NCBI RefSeq assembly: GCF_018977255.1
Contig: NW_024704743.1
Span: 103,790,001-103,854,000, forward strand
Origin: Callorhinchus milii
Taxonomy: Eukaryota
Direction of reading: 5' to 3'
Length of the DNA stretch: 64,000 nt
The translations under genes were made by a program, and so were the position numbers. The notes under the pieces are model-generated. The model had not been told where the DNA came from and ran no database searches. It was given only the letters and a program-made list of their open reading frames with translations. This document shows, in pieces, positions 40,940 to 53,561 of the stretch (positions are counted from its first letter, which is position 1; each line of letters starts with the position of its first letter).

Positions 40940-41845
40940 GTTTGTCAATTTTGTTTGACCAACCAGTGGGGGGTGGGGGAAATAAGAGGAAAATAAAAGG
41001 CAAGTGGGGTCTCCTTTAGGCTGAGATGACTCCAAGGTGACAAACTTGGCAACAGAATGTCAGAATTGAGTCAATCTTGGTAGTCCAATTCCTGAGCCAG
41101 GCAAGTCTGCAGTAATAATAATAATAATAATAATCCTTGCATTTGATATAGCGCTTTTCACGTCGGGAGGACGTCCCAAAGCGCTTCACAGAATATACTG
41201 TAAAGTGAATTGACTGTATATTTGTGGGCGAACGCGGCAGCCAATTGCGCACAGCAATGTCCCACAAACAGTCGTAGATTGAAAATGACCAATTTATTAT
41301 TGTTTTTTGGGTTTTTTGGAGGGATTATTATTAGGCGTGTGGAGTAAGGAAACTTGCCCAAGGTTTCGCCCTGCCTGGAATTGAACCCAGGTGTCTTGCT
41401 TGCAAAGCAAGTGCTCTAACCACTGAGCTACAGGACTCCAGTATTCCAAAGCACTGCACCAGCAGCCAGCTTGGCGGAGCAAACCCACTCAGCTCCTGTT
41501 AACTCTGCAAGCCAAAGTCCTAACAGGTAGAATGTTCCTCGCAGGACAAGCAGCAGGAAACTGCCCGACTGTCCTCGAAATAACAAGTTACACGATTTTA
41601 GCTGATTAAACCCCAGCTGTACCCTAATGCATACTCTCCAAGCCTTGGCTCTCACCAACCTGTATCTAATGCTTTGCAGAATTAGGTAAGCAGAGTGCAT
41701 CGTTCCAGGGAGAGTGGGCGTTCTAATCCATACACAGGGACATTTCATGTGGTGGTGACGACATACATATGTGGTACTCTGTCTGGTGTGAATACAAATG
41801 TGATGGGTTTCTACATTTGTCAGAAACCCGACTGACCAAAAACAA
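40940..41845 (+). repeat. Unclassified repeat family X, long copy interrupted by a young SINE
   Basis: Both sides of the SINE align in reverse complement and in order with 56495-57145. Ends in ...GACTGACCAAAAACAAAA. Confidence 0.8.
41113..41439 (-). mobile_element. Young tRNA(Ala)-derived SINE, full length
   Basis: Near-identical family member. Flanking CAGTA duplication (41110-41114 and 41439-41443). Confidence 0.95.
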
Positions 41846-42228
41846 AATGCTTTTTTTAAATTAAGTGGAAATGTACTACAATCAAATACACTTCTTTACA
41901 ACAAGCAAAGGCATTATAGCAAAAGACCCATTTGATTGACAAAATGCATTCCTTAAATAAATTTGTCCTATGTACTATCACAGTATAAAATATGGAAGAT
42001 TAAAGATGGCTTGTTTCATTAGCTGTTCAAATAATCTAGAGTACCAACTTCACTGTTGAATTAGTAACATCATACATAACAATGCTAGTCACTAACAAAG
42101 TAGGAACCTGCCAGCCATTACTGAATTAGCGTGACATTCCCGCTTGCCAAGAACAAAAAAATCCCAAACCTGTGAACAAGCAAGGAAAAGGGTTATATTT
42201 CTATATATTAAAAAGGAGCAACACGTAC

Positions 42229-42370
42229 GAGAATGTGTTCCAAGGCAGTAACACATCTCCAGGTTGAGATGACATTGATAAACCACTCAAGCTTTGTTCT
42301 TGCAGTGTTTGTGCCATCATTGCAATCATTTGGTGTGTTTTGGGATTGAGAAAGAAGATTGGACGTCATC
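42229..42370 (-). CDS. Candidate exon (phase 0 DDVQSSFSIPKHTK*; phase 1 G*; phase 2 open, MTSNLL...EHIL)
   Basis: Strong acceptor gtttctccgtttgcgtgttctccag (AG 42372-42371) and possible donor CTC|gtacgt. Confidence 0.33.
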
Positions 42371-43206
42371 CTGGAGAACACGCAAACGGAGAAACACCAA
42401 CAATATTTTCACTGATCAACACGCGACTAAATACAAAAAAGTCAAGCTTATTAGTTGTGATCATATATTATTGAAACATCAAAACGCGATGTTTTTAAAC
42501 TGATGCTCTCAGTTGTAAATCTCATAATTCCTTTAAACTCCTGAACTGACCATAAGGCTCTATATAAATACAATTTGTGGTTGTTGTTATTGTAACAATC
42601 AAGTTATTTAATCATACACTCGACACAAAAATATCATCTGTTACTGAACTTAGTGGCAAGACTGCCTCACTTCAGATGCCTAAGACAGAGCCACTAATTT
42701 TCTTGTTTTAGTGATTCATAGTAAATTATTGGATGGCTTCAGTCATTTAAATATTCTTAGTCATGATGATGTATCTCAAATTACTGTACCTACAAGATAA
42801 AATAACTACATTCTAAGGCAAATCCTGTGTTCAATATCAAATAAGCGCTTTGAGAAGTCTAGAAGACATGAAAAGCGCTATATCAAATGCAAGGATTATT
42901 ATTATTATGAATACAAAGATTAATATTATGCCTGCACAACACTCACATGGAAGCAATACAGATAGGAAGGAAAAGATCCATCCAATTATAAAACTGGAGG
43001 TGGCTTTCGTAGGAAGGAATTAATATATGTGGAAAGTTTTTTAATCTAATGAAGTGTTTAGATGTTTTTAAAGTAAAGCTTCTTATGGTTGTAAAACCGT
43101 ATTTTTGAAACATTTTATGTAGTTGGAGCCAAAAGTCAACTTGTAAAATAACATACTCAGAGGAACAATTCACACAACTTGTGATGGATGTGCTTTAACA
43201 AACATA

Positions 43207-43437
43207 CAGGGAGAAATTCCAACTGGGTTCAGATTTGCTCTATTTATGTAGTGTTTCAGAGTATCCAGGATTTGGCAAGTTCTTAAATGCTGCCTTAATG
43301 TTGAATCTGGGTTTTGGTAAATTTATTTTAAAAGCCACAGAATACAGATTTTAATATTAAGACCGAATTCAACAATTTGCCAAAATCTGGGCACTGTAAA
43401 TAAGAGTAAATCTAAGCCCAGTTGGAATTCCCTCTCC
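43207..43437. mobile_element. ~230-bp imperfect palindrome (fold-back/MITE-like element)
   Basis: Left arm AATTCCAACTGGGTTCAGATTTGCTCTATTTA... versus reverse complement of right arm AATTCCAACTGGGCTTAGATTTACTCTTATTTA...; similarity continues for ~100 bp to the centre. Confidence 0.85.
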
Positions 43438-43625
43438 AGTCGTTTCCCAAATAGGGTGCAATTTTTTTTTAAAAAAATCAAACTCTTGCTCCAATGGCAC
43501 AAATCCTGTTACTTATTTACATGGCTTCACTATGTGATGACCTCATTTTTCTCCCTCATATTGAAGAGCCTGATGTTGCATTAAGGGTAAGTGAAGCATT
43601 GATGGTTTGTCTGGAATCCCATTCC
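43438..43625 (+). repeat. Unclassified ~190-bp repeat Y (second copy 61363-61577, opposite strand)
   Basis: 33 of 35 nt identical between 43588-43622 and the reverse complement of 61365-61399. Also shared: CAAATAGGGTGCA and ATCAAACTCTTGCT..A.TGGCACA. Confidence 0.8.
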
Positions 43626-44006
43626 ATCAGGTGGAATTCCAACCCCCCCCCACCCCCAACAGTCTTTAATAAATCCTAAAAGTGTCATTCATGCAAGGTG
43701 TCCGACTACAGTTTGCAAATACTGTTATCTAGCTGACTTCCAAATATTGGAATGCATCTCCAATGGATCTTATTGCTCTCCTTTGCATTCGAGTCTTGAT
43801 AACAGCCAATATTAAAGCGATCTTGAATAAATAAGAAGATTTTCTCTTTGATAGTATTTTCAGTGCTTGGTGACCTGTTCATTTCACTGCTGTGATTATC
43901 ATAAAATGATCTACGTCCTTGATGGAATCATAAACAATTTTAGAGCCAAATGCAGATGAGGATCACACAGCAATGCTCTTTCACAGGAGAGATTTTCTTA
44001 ACTCAC

Positions 44007-44078
44007 CCACGCCTGGGATGCTGGAAGGCAACAGATCTTCCACCCGAGGGAAACAAAACAACAGATAGAGAACAAATC
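44007..44078 (-). CDS. Candidate small exon (72 nt from 44078, or 14 nt from 44020)
   Basis: Consensus donor TGG|gtgagt. Two possible acceptors: ctaacatctccataaag, or a U-rich tract ending ttgccttccag. Confidence 0.3.
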
Positions 44079-44486
44079 CTTTATGGAGATGTTAGATTGT
44101 TTGATATGCGAGTATGCTACTGGATTTTTTTTTGAATGAGACACAATTTTCAGACAAAATACAAATGCAATATGTACAACCTGCTTATCTCACAAGTTTA
44201 GCAAAGGTATGTGCAAAATATTCAAACTCGCACAAAGGCAAATGTTAAACATGTATTTATCTTTGCAATTGAGCATTCCTGCAGCAGGAAATTTTTGCTC
44301 CCCATGTGAAAAATGGAAACAATCCGTTACTTGTTTTGATTTATTAATATTAAGTACACTTATTGATTTAATTTTTTTGGAACATTTAGACATAGAAGAT
44401 AATAAATCAAGTAAATTCAGCGCCTTGGTTCATCCTCCGAACGTGAAAAATAAATTAATTTTGTGTTTTTAAAAAAATGAACATTT

Positions 44487-44712
44487 GGCTCAGCGGGTTG
44501 TAGGTTCAAGTCCCACATCAGAACTTTGAACTCAAGAGTGTAGGCTGACACTACAATATAGTGCTGGGGATGTGCTACATTGTTGGAGGTGCCATCCTTT
44601 GGATGAGTTGTTAAACCAAGGAATCATCTGCCACGTAACATAGAAGTTAAAGATCCCCTGGCCCTATTTGGAAAAAACGTTTCTGCCAGTTTCCAGGCCA
44701 ACAGTTCCCAAG
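44487..44712 (+). mobile_element. Old Deu-SINE 5' part
   Basis: TGGCTCAG...GTAGGTTCAAGTCCCAC head and TAAAGATCCCCTGGCCCTATT core. Confidence 0.75.
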
Positions 44713-47214
44713 ATGCTGCCTTTTGCCCTGCAAGCTGGAAACTCAAGGATTCAAATGCAAGGGTATTTTATATTAATGCCCAACAGCCCTCCAACTCTCA
44801 AGCTATAGAACATTTATACTGGGGGTTTGGCTTTTGTACTGTGCAATACTTTACATCAACAAGCGTATAGCCTATCGCAATTCTGAAAGATTGGCAGTCT
44901 GGCATTCAGTGCAAGGGAGCTGTTCTTAAACCACCAATAAATCCACAGCAATAAAAAAACATTTTTTTTTTAAAAACAAAACAGCCGGCTGCTGATACAC
45001 CTTATTAGGGTTGATTCTTTGGAAATCAATAAAAGTTACCACACATAGTGATAGGAAATTGTACAAAGAAAATAGGATATTCACCTGCCAAGGTTGGTAA
45101 GTTTACCAAGAATCACCCCTAAAGTGACTAATGGTAATAATATTAATGGTTGCATTTGATATAGTGGCTTACCATGTAGTTGAAACGTCTCAATCGCTTC
45201 ACAGATATTACTGTTAAGTGTGGTTTTACTTGTATGCAAATGTGGCAGCCAATTTGCACACAGTAATAGTCCATAAACAATCATGACCCGAATGACCAAT
45301 TTTACCTGGTCATTGATAGCCAGAAAAAAAGATCTGATTAACCCATCAGCTCCTTGTATTTTCATAGTAATATCTCCAGCAAATGAAGCCTGGGAACTAT
45401 GGGAACATGTACATACTCACAAGCGCTACTTTCCACTAATTTGAAAGCAACAAAACATCAGCTGCCTCAGCACCGTGGAATGAAACACAAGTCCTGATAC
45501 AATACTGTATAAGCCAGTTATTGGTTAAATTTGGTTGTGATGGGGCAGGGTGGGGAGAGAAAGAGGAGAATGACGGAAGAATGGGAGGAAACCAGAAGTG
45601 CAACCTACTGGTTGTGTTTTTTATATTATCTATAGATTATGCCAGCAGTGCCATTATAAGCTATTGTGTTCAACAACAAAACAACTGTTCATAACACCAC
45701 CTGGCCCAGTTTAATTAAGTGAGGTAGCACAAATAACTCTGAGACGCCTCTAGAGGTGGTTGGATCAGAGTTAATCATCTTAGCCCATTTCCTAACAATT
45801 AAAAAAGGCTGGGGTTTTGTAACAACCATCCAATAATCATCATGAATTCACAAATAATTATATCAATTTACATACAATTTCATCCATTCAAGCAACCCTC
45901 CTTAATTTGGGTCAGGACCAAACTGACGTCAGGTTAGTTCACCCTAAAATCAAGAAAACAGGTATATCTCGCTTTTCAGATTAAATACTCACAGAGAAAA
46001 TCTACCAAGAAAAAAAGTGCAGGTGATTCTTCAAGCGGAGGCTAATTGTGGCATTCAAATACATCTAATATGGGAATGTTCGATGTAGGCTTGCAGCACT
46101 AAAGTAGTAGAAGTTTGAAAGCGATATCCATTCTGTGCACTGCATGTTTGTACAAGCTCCAGGCGGCCATTTTATTCCGCCAAAATGGTTGAAGTCCTAA
46201 CCAGGTGCATCTCATTCACCAACCCTAAGCCCTATTCAAAGTCACTAATACTGACTTCTCTCATCTCTGATTACAATTCACGAATGGCACAGCATAATGA
46301 TCTTAAGATCAACCAAACAAACCCCTTTGTAGTATATCCGATTACTCCTGCACTATTCCATATAATTGCAATAAGTACAAAATAAACAAGTAGACGTTGG
46401 CTTGCAAGGCAAACATTTTTATGTTTTTTTTAAAAAAAGTTCCATAAATCTGTTTTTAGAAGCCATTACACCATATCAGAGGGTAATTTTTTTCAAAAAA
46501 AGACCTTCAAACATTTGCCTTTACGTCATCAGGTTACTTGATGGAAATTAAAACCTGACGTGCCTATCATTATGGGCTGTGAAGTGAGCCATTGCAGAAG
46601 CTTGCAAGTTACTGCCTTTGGCCTGAGCCATTCAGCTCTGTAAATGATTTCCTTCTGATACACTTCATTTAGTCAAGCAAGATACTTGTACATTCAGGGA
46701 CACGGAATTCATTCTTGCTACTAAAATATTACAGTGCAGTGGCTCTGATGATGTGATTAAATTGAGAAAATCCCATTACAATCACATGTTGTGAAAGTTG
46801 CTACACTTAGTGGCAGGAGGAATTTTATCCCTTATATGCACACAGAAGAGATGCCATGCAGCTGCAAGTCTGGGATCTCACATTTTCAGGGCCTTTAATG
46901 TGCAAGGTGTTTCCTGCATTTAATTTCATGGCCTGCAAATAATTCTGTTTACTCTGGTTACCCAATTTTCATCTTTAAAAGGTTTTCCCTGTCGAGGTCA
47001 AGTGAAAAGTTGACCTTGAGAGAAAGTTGAAATTGTGATTAATGGGACCAATTATCCTACATTTTTAATTGGGATTCAAGTGACCATGTACACACAAGTG
47101 TCCCAGACACGCTCACTTCATTGATCAACTGATTCATTAACCAGCAACAATTATGTACTTGCCCTTCCGCTGGTCTTTAGAAATTCTGGTCCTCAGCAGT
47201 CATTACAATGCAGC

Positions 47215-47787
47215 CATAAGACTTAGGAGTAGGACATTCGGCCCCTCAAGCCTGCCCACCATTTAATAAGATCATGGCTGATCTTCTAACCTAATTCCAT
47301 TTACCCGCCCTATTCCCATATCTCTTAATCCATCTATCCTTTAAAAATCTATTAACCTCAGTCTTGAATATGTTCAAGGACTGAACATCTACAGCCTTCT
47401 GGGGTAGAGAAATCCACAAATTCACTACCCTCTGGAGTGAGGAAATGTTTTCTCAACTCAGTTCAAAAAGACTGACCCTTAATCTTGAGACTGTGAACCC
47501 TAGTTTTAGTTTCTCCAACCAAGGAAACAGTTTCATGGCACCTACCCTGTTAAGACACTTAAGAATCTTATAGGTTTCTATAAGATCACCTCTAATTCTT
47601 CTATATTCTAGAGAATAGTTTACTCAACCTATCCTCATAGGTCAACCCCCTCATCCCAGGAATCAACCTAGTGAATCTACGCTGCACCACCTCTAAGGCG
47701 AGTATGTCCTTTCGTAAATAAGGAGACCAAAACTGCACACAATATTCTACGTGCAGTCTCACCAAGGCCTTATACAACTGCAGCAAG
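47215..47787 (-). mobile_element. CR1 LINE 3' fragment
   Basis: Minus ORF LYKALVRLHVEYCVQFWSPYLRKDILALEVVQRRFTRLIPGMRGLTYEDRLSKL is the typical CR1 ORF2 C-terminus. Terminal GGGGCCGAATGTCCT hairpin. Confidence 0.95.
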
Positions 47788-47932
47788 CCAATCCCCTTTA
47801 TTTCCACCTCAAAGTGTGCTCGGACCACCGGCATGAATTCCCCTCCTAACCCCAATGCTAAGGCTTAGTTTGTTGTTGTTGTTCGCTTGCCAGCAGAGCT
47901 CCTAAGTGACCAGACCTTGGCAGCAGTGATGG

Positions 47933-48338
47933 TGTCAGGCTGGCTCAATTAGAAGGTTGTGGGTTCAAGCCTTACATCAGGACTTTGAGCTTCCAGTCAA
48001 GGCTGACACTCCAATGCAGCTCTATGGGGGAGGGGGGCGGTGGGAAGAAGCATTGCATTGTCAAGAGATGCAGTCCTTCAAATGAGATGTTAAAATAAGG
48101 TCTTGTCTGTCTCTTCAGTGGACATTAAAGATAGCATTGCACTATTCAAAACAGAAGAAGAAAAGAATTTCTCCCGGGATCTTGGCCAACAATCCCCCAA
48201 AGAAAATTGATTATTCACTTCATAGCTGTTTGTGGGACATTACTGTGCACAAATTGGCTGCTACATTTGCCTATAAAATACAACAAACACTATACTTTGC
48301 AGTAAATCAGTGAAGCATTCTATATTAATGCAAGGATT
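47933..48338 (+). mobile_element. Old Deu-SINE (SacSINE1-like), near full length
   Basis: tRNA-like head, Deu core (ATTAAAGATAGCATTGCACTATTC...CTTGGCCAACAATCCCC...GCTGTTTGTGGGACATTACTGTGCACAAATTGGCTGC) and tail. Confidence 0.85.
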
Positions 48339-49591
48339 TCAAGGATGTGAAAACATTCTAGTGCACTGAACTAAATCTTTGCTTTCTTGAAGTCCCATAA
48401 TATCACATTGATTGGAAGCATAACTTGAAAAACATGCAACAGTTTTGCAGTGATACTTGTACATTGCATGTACAATGCAGTCAAATCAAGTGACTACAGT
48501 AAAGCCTGTGAAGTGCTTCAAGACATTCCAATGCCATGAAAAGACACTAGATAAAAATGCAAACATTATCATTCTCCTTAGAAAGTAGATTTGGGAAGTC
48601 CCATCCTGAGTTGTCACAATCAACACCACTGTGGCACCCAAATAAAGAGGTTAGAACTTTTTATAGCACTGCATCACATTGAAACAACTCGAAGTGCTTT
48701 CTAGTGTCTCATTTTATTGTCAAGTGCAGTGACCGTCTTTTGTAGGCAAACAAGGCAGGCATTTTGCACAAACAAATGCCACTTAGCCATGAGGTAAATG
48801 ACTAATTTTATCTTGAGAATGGTCGGTCAGAATTCCGTGAATTAATTAATTATATTGAAAAGTGCCATGGAATGGATATTTGATATTCAGCTGGAGAACA
48901 GGCAAAAGGGCCTCAGTTTAACTTCTCATCCAAAGGAATGCAATGTTGCCACCAACGGCTTAGCTTGTCGAGGTTTGTGATACGCATATCTCTGCTTGAT
49001 GGTGATACATTGAAGCCATCAACAGAAATTTCAACTATATGCCAGCTTCCAGCAAACTCTGCCTTCAGGATGCTACAGATGTATGCTTTTTACTCATGCA
49101 ACCAAATCCTTGGTATGTGACTACATTTAGATAGCAGCTGCTTTGTCAGAAATTAAAGGAGTACTTCAGAACATTTTAAACCTACCCTATTCCTTGTGAG
49201 TTTCTTTAATATTACAATAATTATGAAAATTATTCCCTAATCCAGCTACTCCTAATTGCTTCCAGGTGCACTGGGATAACTCATTCCTAAACCATGTCTC
49301 CATTCTCAGTATAGAATGCACCAAGTCATGCAGCGATATACAGTGTCATTAATTTGGACTTGTGCCCAATGGGAGATCCTTTGTGCTCAGACTCTGTGCA
49401 GTCACACGCAGCATTTCAGATGGACGCTGCAGAAAGAGATAGAACTTCAGAAGCCGCCATGGCTGGGCAGCGGAATTGCGTAGTCAGATGTGAAGCCCTT
49501 CAGATGAGACCTTTAAACAAAGTTCCATGTACCTGCTCTTCAGATTCTGCAACATTAATGTATTAATAATGCTTGCATTTTATGTAATAGC

Positions 49592-50190
49592 GACAACATC
49601 TTGGATTTACATAGCGCCCTCCACGCCGGACGGCATCTCAGAGCGCTTCACAGTAACGGATCCCGGGGCCGAGCCAGGGGGAGGGGGAGGAAGGTGACCA
49701 AAGGCACAGTCAAAAAGTTGTTCAGCAGAGACCTGAAAATAGGAAGAGAGGGGGTGAGGTGAAGGGAGTGAGGAAGGGAGTTTCAGAGCCTCGGGGCGTA
49801 GTGGCTGAAGGCACGGCCACCGAGGGTGGAGCGGAGGACTCAGGGGACAAGGAGGAGGCCAGACCTGGTGGAACGAAGGCAGTGGGCACTGTAGTGAGGA
49901 GAGAGGAGGTCAGAGAGGTAGGGGTGTGAAGAGGAATGGAGGGATTTGAAGACAAGGGTGAGGATCTTGAAGTCGATCCTCTTTGGAACAGGCAATCAGT
50001 GCAGTCTGGCAAGGACTGGGGTAATCGGGGAGCGAAGTTTGGTGTGGGTAAGAATGCGGGTGGCAGAGTTTTGTATGACCTGGATTTTATGGATGGTAGT
50101 GAAGGGGAGAACGGCGAGGAGGGCATTTGAATAGTCCAGCCGAGAGGTGACAAAGAGGGTTTCAGCGGCTTTTGGAGTGAGGTATACCAC
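49592..50190 (-). mobile_element. L2 3' fragment (second subfamily)
   Basis: Minus [27 protein letters not shown]...[26 protein letters not shown]; distinct 3' end GAGATGCCGTCCGGCGTGGAGGGCGC. Confidence 0.9.
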
Positions 50191-50229
50191 CTTATGTAGT
50201 CAGAACATATCAAAGTGCTTCATAGATTT

Positions 50230-50499
50230 TCGCTCCACCGGGTCTGGCCTCCTCCTTGTCCCACAAAGCCTCCGCTCCACCATCAACGGCCATGCTTTCA
50301 GCCACTACGCCCTGAGGCTCTGGAACTCCCTTCCTCACTCCCTTCGCCTCACCTCCTCTCTTCCTATTTTCAGGTCTCGGCTGAAGACCTATCTTTTCGA
50401 CTGCGCCTTTGGTCGCCTTCCTCCCCCTCCCTCAGCCCCGGGATCCGTTACTGTGAAGCGCTCTGAGATGCCGTCCGCTATATAAATCCAAGTTGTTGT
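50230..50499 (+). mobile_element. L2 3' fragment (second subfamily), inverted relative to 49592-50190
   Basis: RSTGSGLLLVP...FSHYALRLWNSLPHSLR...FRSRLKTYLFDCAFG. Shares CCCCGGGATCCGTTACTGTGAAGCGCTCTGAGATGCCGTCCG with the neighbouring copy. Confidence 0.9.
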
Positions 50500-52807
50500 A
50501 ATAATGTATAGTGCAGTCATTGTGTATTTTTAAGTGTTTAATAAGTGAAGAGCGTTTCTCCCAATTTCCTGACCAACAATCCCCCAGACAGATTGATCCT
50601 TCACCAGGCAAGCATTTGAGGTAACTTGCTAGCATAAATGGCTGGCTTTTTACACCACATTAAAAAGACCTACTGTACTTGAGAATCTCTTGTGATCTGC
50701 TTTGAGACATTTGGCGCTAAAAAGTGCAATTTCTTATCTAGGTTAAAGTACTTTGATTTTTCTGTTGTTAAAGCTGTGCAAATCACAAGAACAAAAGTTG
50801 TACGCATCAAGAGCTTTCAGCAAACTGTTTGCTCAAATGCTGAAGTGCATCCATTAAAGCCAACAAACAATAATCCCAATCAGACAGTTGTGGAAACATA
50901 AAATGAAAACCATTTATCTGCTAACTCAAGGTGCCAAGAAGCAACTGAGCGAATTGAAATAACACTTGTCAGCATCTACAAGAAAGAGGAATTGACAATA
51001 ACTGTATTTTCAGAAAAACCCAACAAGGTGGGGATTTAGAAGCTTTGGTGCAGAATTCATAATTCATATGAAAATCCTGATCACAGGACTCTTTTTATCC
51101 ATACTTGAGAGGTTCAACGGTATTAGTATTTCTTAATAAGAACCATTATGCCGAGACTCAGTTATAAATGCTGCTAGATTCTCACCAGCAGAGACTTGGG
51201 CATCATTATTCCACTTCAGGCAGCTCTGTGCTGTGATTAATAATAATAATAATAAGCATGTCCCTCCACCCACCGACAACCTCGGTCACAGAAGCAGCAC
51301 GAATTGTAGCGTCAGACACAAAAATTAACTTCTTTGCCTGTCACTCCAAACAAACCATGTGGATTGGCGAGCAAGAGAGAAAAAATGACATAGAACATCG
51401 AACATGTTCAGCACGGAAACAGCTCATTCATCCCAACTAGTCCATACTACACTCAAGCTCTGCCCCTACCAATCCCCTCTCACGTACCCCTCTATTCTTT
51501 TCTCCTTCATGCAACACACACTGATCTTGCCAATCAGAGAGACGGAGAGAGAAAGGAGCCCTAGTTAGCGATTACAGAAACATAATATACAACAAACACT
51601 GTAATTAAATATTACCTTTTCTTTCTCAGGACATACCCTCACAGGCATAAAACTAAACAGAATTAAAAATCAGCGGGCAAACATCCACACATTACATTAC
51701 TGAGGCATGAAAATCAGATTCCTGTTGTGTTCTGAGTTAGATGATGGCAAAATTTATTTATTTGAGAAAAACCTTATTGGTGGCATCAATTCACAAACCT
51801 TTTGGAACACATCGATAGAATATTGCTGCCCGGGACTTGGCAACTTGCTTTTCTTTCCTTTTCTGCTTTGCCCGGTTTTCGTTGCTATGAGCACATGCCC
51901 CTAACCACATAATTGCATTGCTTAAATGGTTCCATGACTGGCCCTATTCTCCTGCCATTTTGGGAAATTCAGATAAGAAGAATCCAGGGACAGGTACTGC
52001 AAGGCGTTCTGGCAACACGGGTGGAACACTTTATTTAAAATACTCCCCCCCCCCCACCTCCGAAATCGTTCTCCGCAGAAACGATTGCTCTTTAGCACAC
52101 AATGGTGAATAACCCCCCCACACACAGATAAAATTGGTCATTTATTCCATGCCTGTTTCTGAAACATTGCTGTTCACAAATTGGCAGCATAAAAAATACA
52201 GTCATTGCACTTGACAATGATGCAGTTTGAAACCTCTGTAAAGGGCACTATATCAAATGTAAGGATTATCATAATTATTGATCTAAAAAGCATTCACTTT
52301 CCGTTATTGCTAATTATTAGCTATTTTTGTTAGAGTAAATCTCTCAGAACAAAAAATACAAAAACACAACAAAGGACAGTGTTCAAAAACCACAAATGGA
52401 AAATCAAACGAATACCATACGGGTTATTGAAGTAAGATGGCATAACAGCTTGTTAAATGCATTCTGAGGCTTTTGTTAGATGACTGTGGAACGTTAATGG
52501 GTAATATGACCAACTGCAGGACAAAAGTGGTGCAAGGCCACCTCAGATCACGGAACACAGCAAATACCAGCAAATAAAGAAAATGTTAACCCGTTTTGTT
52601 CTAAGACAAATGCCGTGACAAGGAAATGAGAAAAGTCTGTACAGGGACACAATCCATTCTCATGAGATGTACACGGTGTGGCTTGTGCACCATGACCTCT
52701 GATACAACACATATGGTAACTGGCTCCCTCACTAATAGAGAAACCATATAAGACAACAAGCCTCTCACTATAACATGCTGCAGTAAAGCTTTCCCAAACA
52801 GTCTTAC

Positions 52808-52853
52808 AGTGGGTCCATTGTGTTGAACGTACATCTTGTTGATACTTTGTTTC
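52808..52853 (-). CDS. Candidate 46-nt exon (phase 2 KQSINKMYVQHNGPT; phase 1 read-through GNKVSTRCTFNTMDPL*)
   Basis: Acceptor ttaactttcag and donor ACT|gtaaga. Splice signals only. Confidence 0.25.
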
Positions 52854-53239
52854 CTGAAAGTTAACCGAAAGTCTTATGTTCAGGGAAGTAGTGGGAATGC
52901 AACTTTAAATTCTAACCAATGTAACAGGTTTCCAAAAATAGTTTGAAAAACTGTGACCCACCCACCCCTAAAAACAACCTAAAGCCCAGTGTGATTCAGC
53001 ATACCAGGAAAAAATAAAACATTCATTACGTAAACTGTTGCTTTCACTCAGAACACTGGAAAGAAAAAAGTTCCAGAGTCGTGTTAATGATCAGGTGCAA
53101 TTCAATTAATAAAAATTATAGAGAAATTGCTCTGTTAAAGGGAATTAATATTCCAAATTAGTAAAATACCCGGTCGCTCTCATTTCAGAAGGTTGGACTT
53201 GAAGGAAGAGGACCAGAGGGGCGTTCAGATTTCAGCCTT

Positions 53240-53453
53240 TACTGGTTATTGGATCACTTTTCCGGGTGTAATAATTCCTTCAAAAAAATAATAATATGGT
53301 CACTCTATTGATGACTGTTGTGGGACACTGCTGTGTATAATTGGCTGCTGCGTTTTGCCCACAAAATATGCAGTCAATTCACTTGACAATATATCCTGTG
53401 AAGCATTTTGAGACACGCGGTAAGGTGCTATATCAAATGCAAGGATTATTATT
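53240..53453 (+). mobile_element. 3' half of the older long-variant SINE
   Basis: GGATCACTTTTCCGG segment as at ~10010-10030, then the Deu-like block and (ATT)n tail. Confidence 0.75.
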
Positions 53454-53561
53454 GGGTGACAAGACAATTTAACACAATAAAATGGGTCTCCCAAATTACA
53501 CAAGTGTTTCTCCCCCAAAAAAGTGATCCAACAACGTTTCAAAGTGGATTTCCCTCAAAGT

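Noticed and set aside
30046..44078. Naming the host gene from faint resemblances (GFVL as in TrkB-T1; DSL.A...RT.S as in an ATP11C tail)
   Set aside because: Only a few residues match and the exon structure does not fit, so no gene symbol is assigned.
49453..49566. Perfect Kozak GCCGCCATGG
   Set aside because: The frame runs straight into a decayed SINE remnant, with no promoter or CpG island context.
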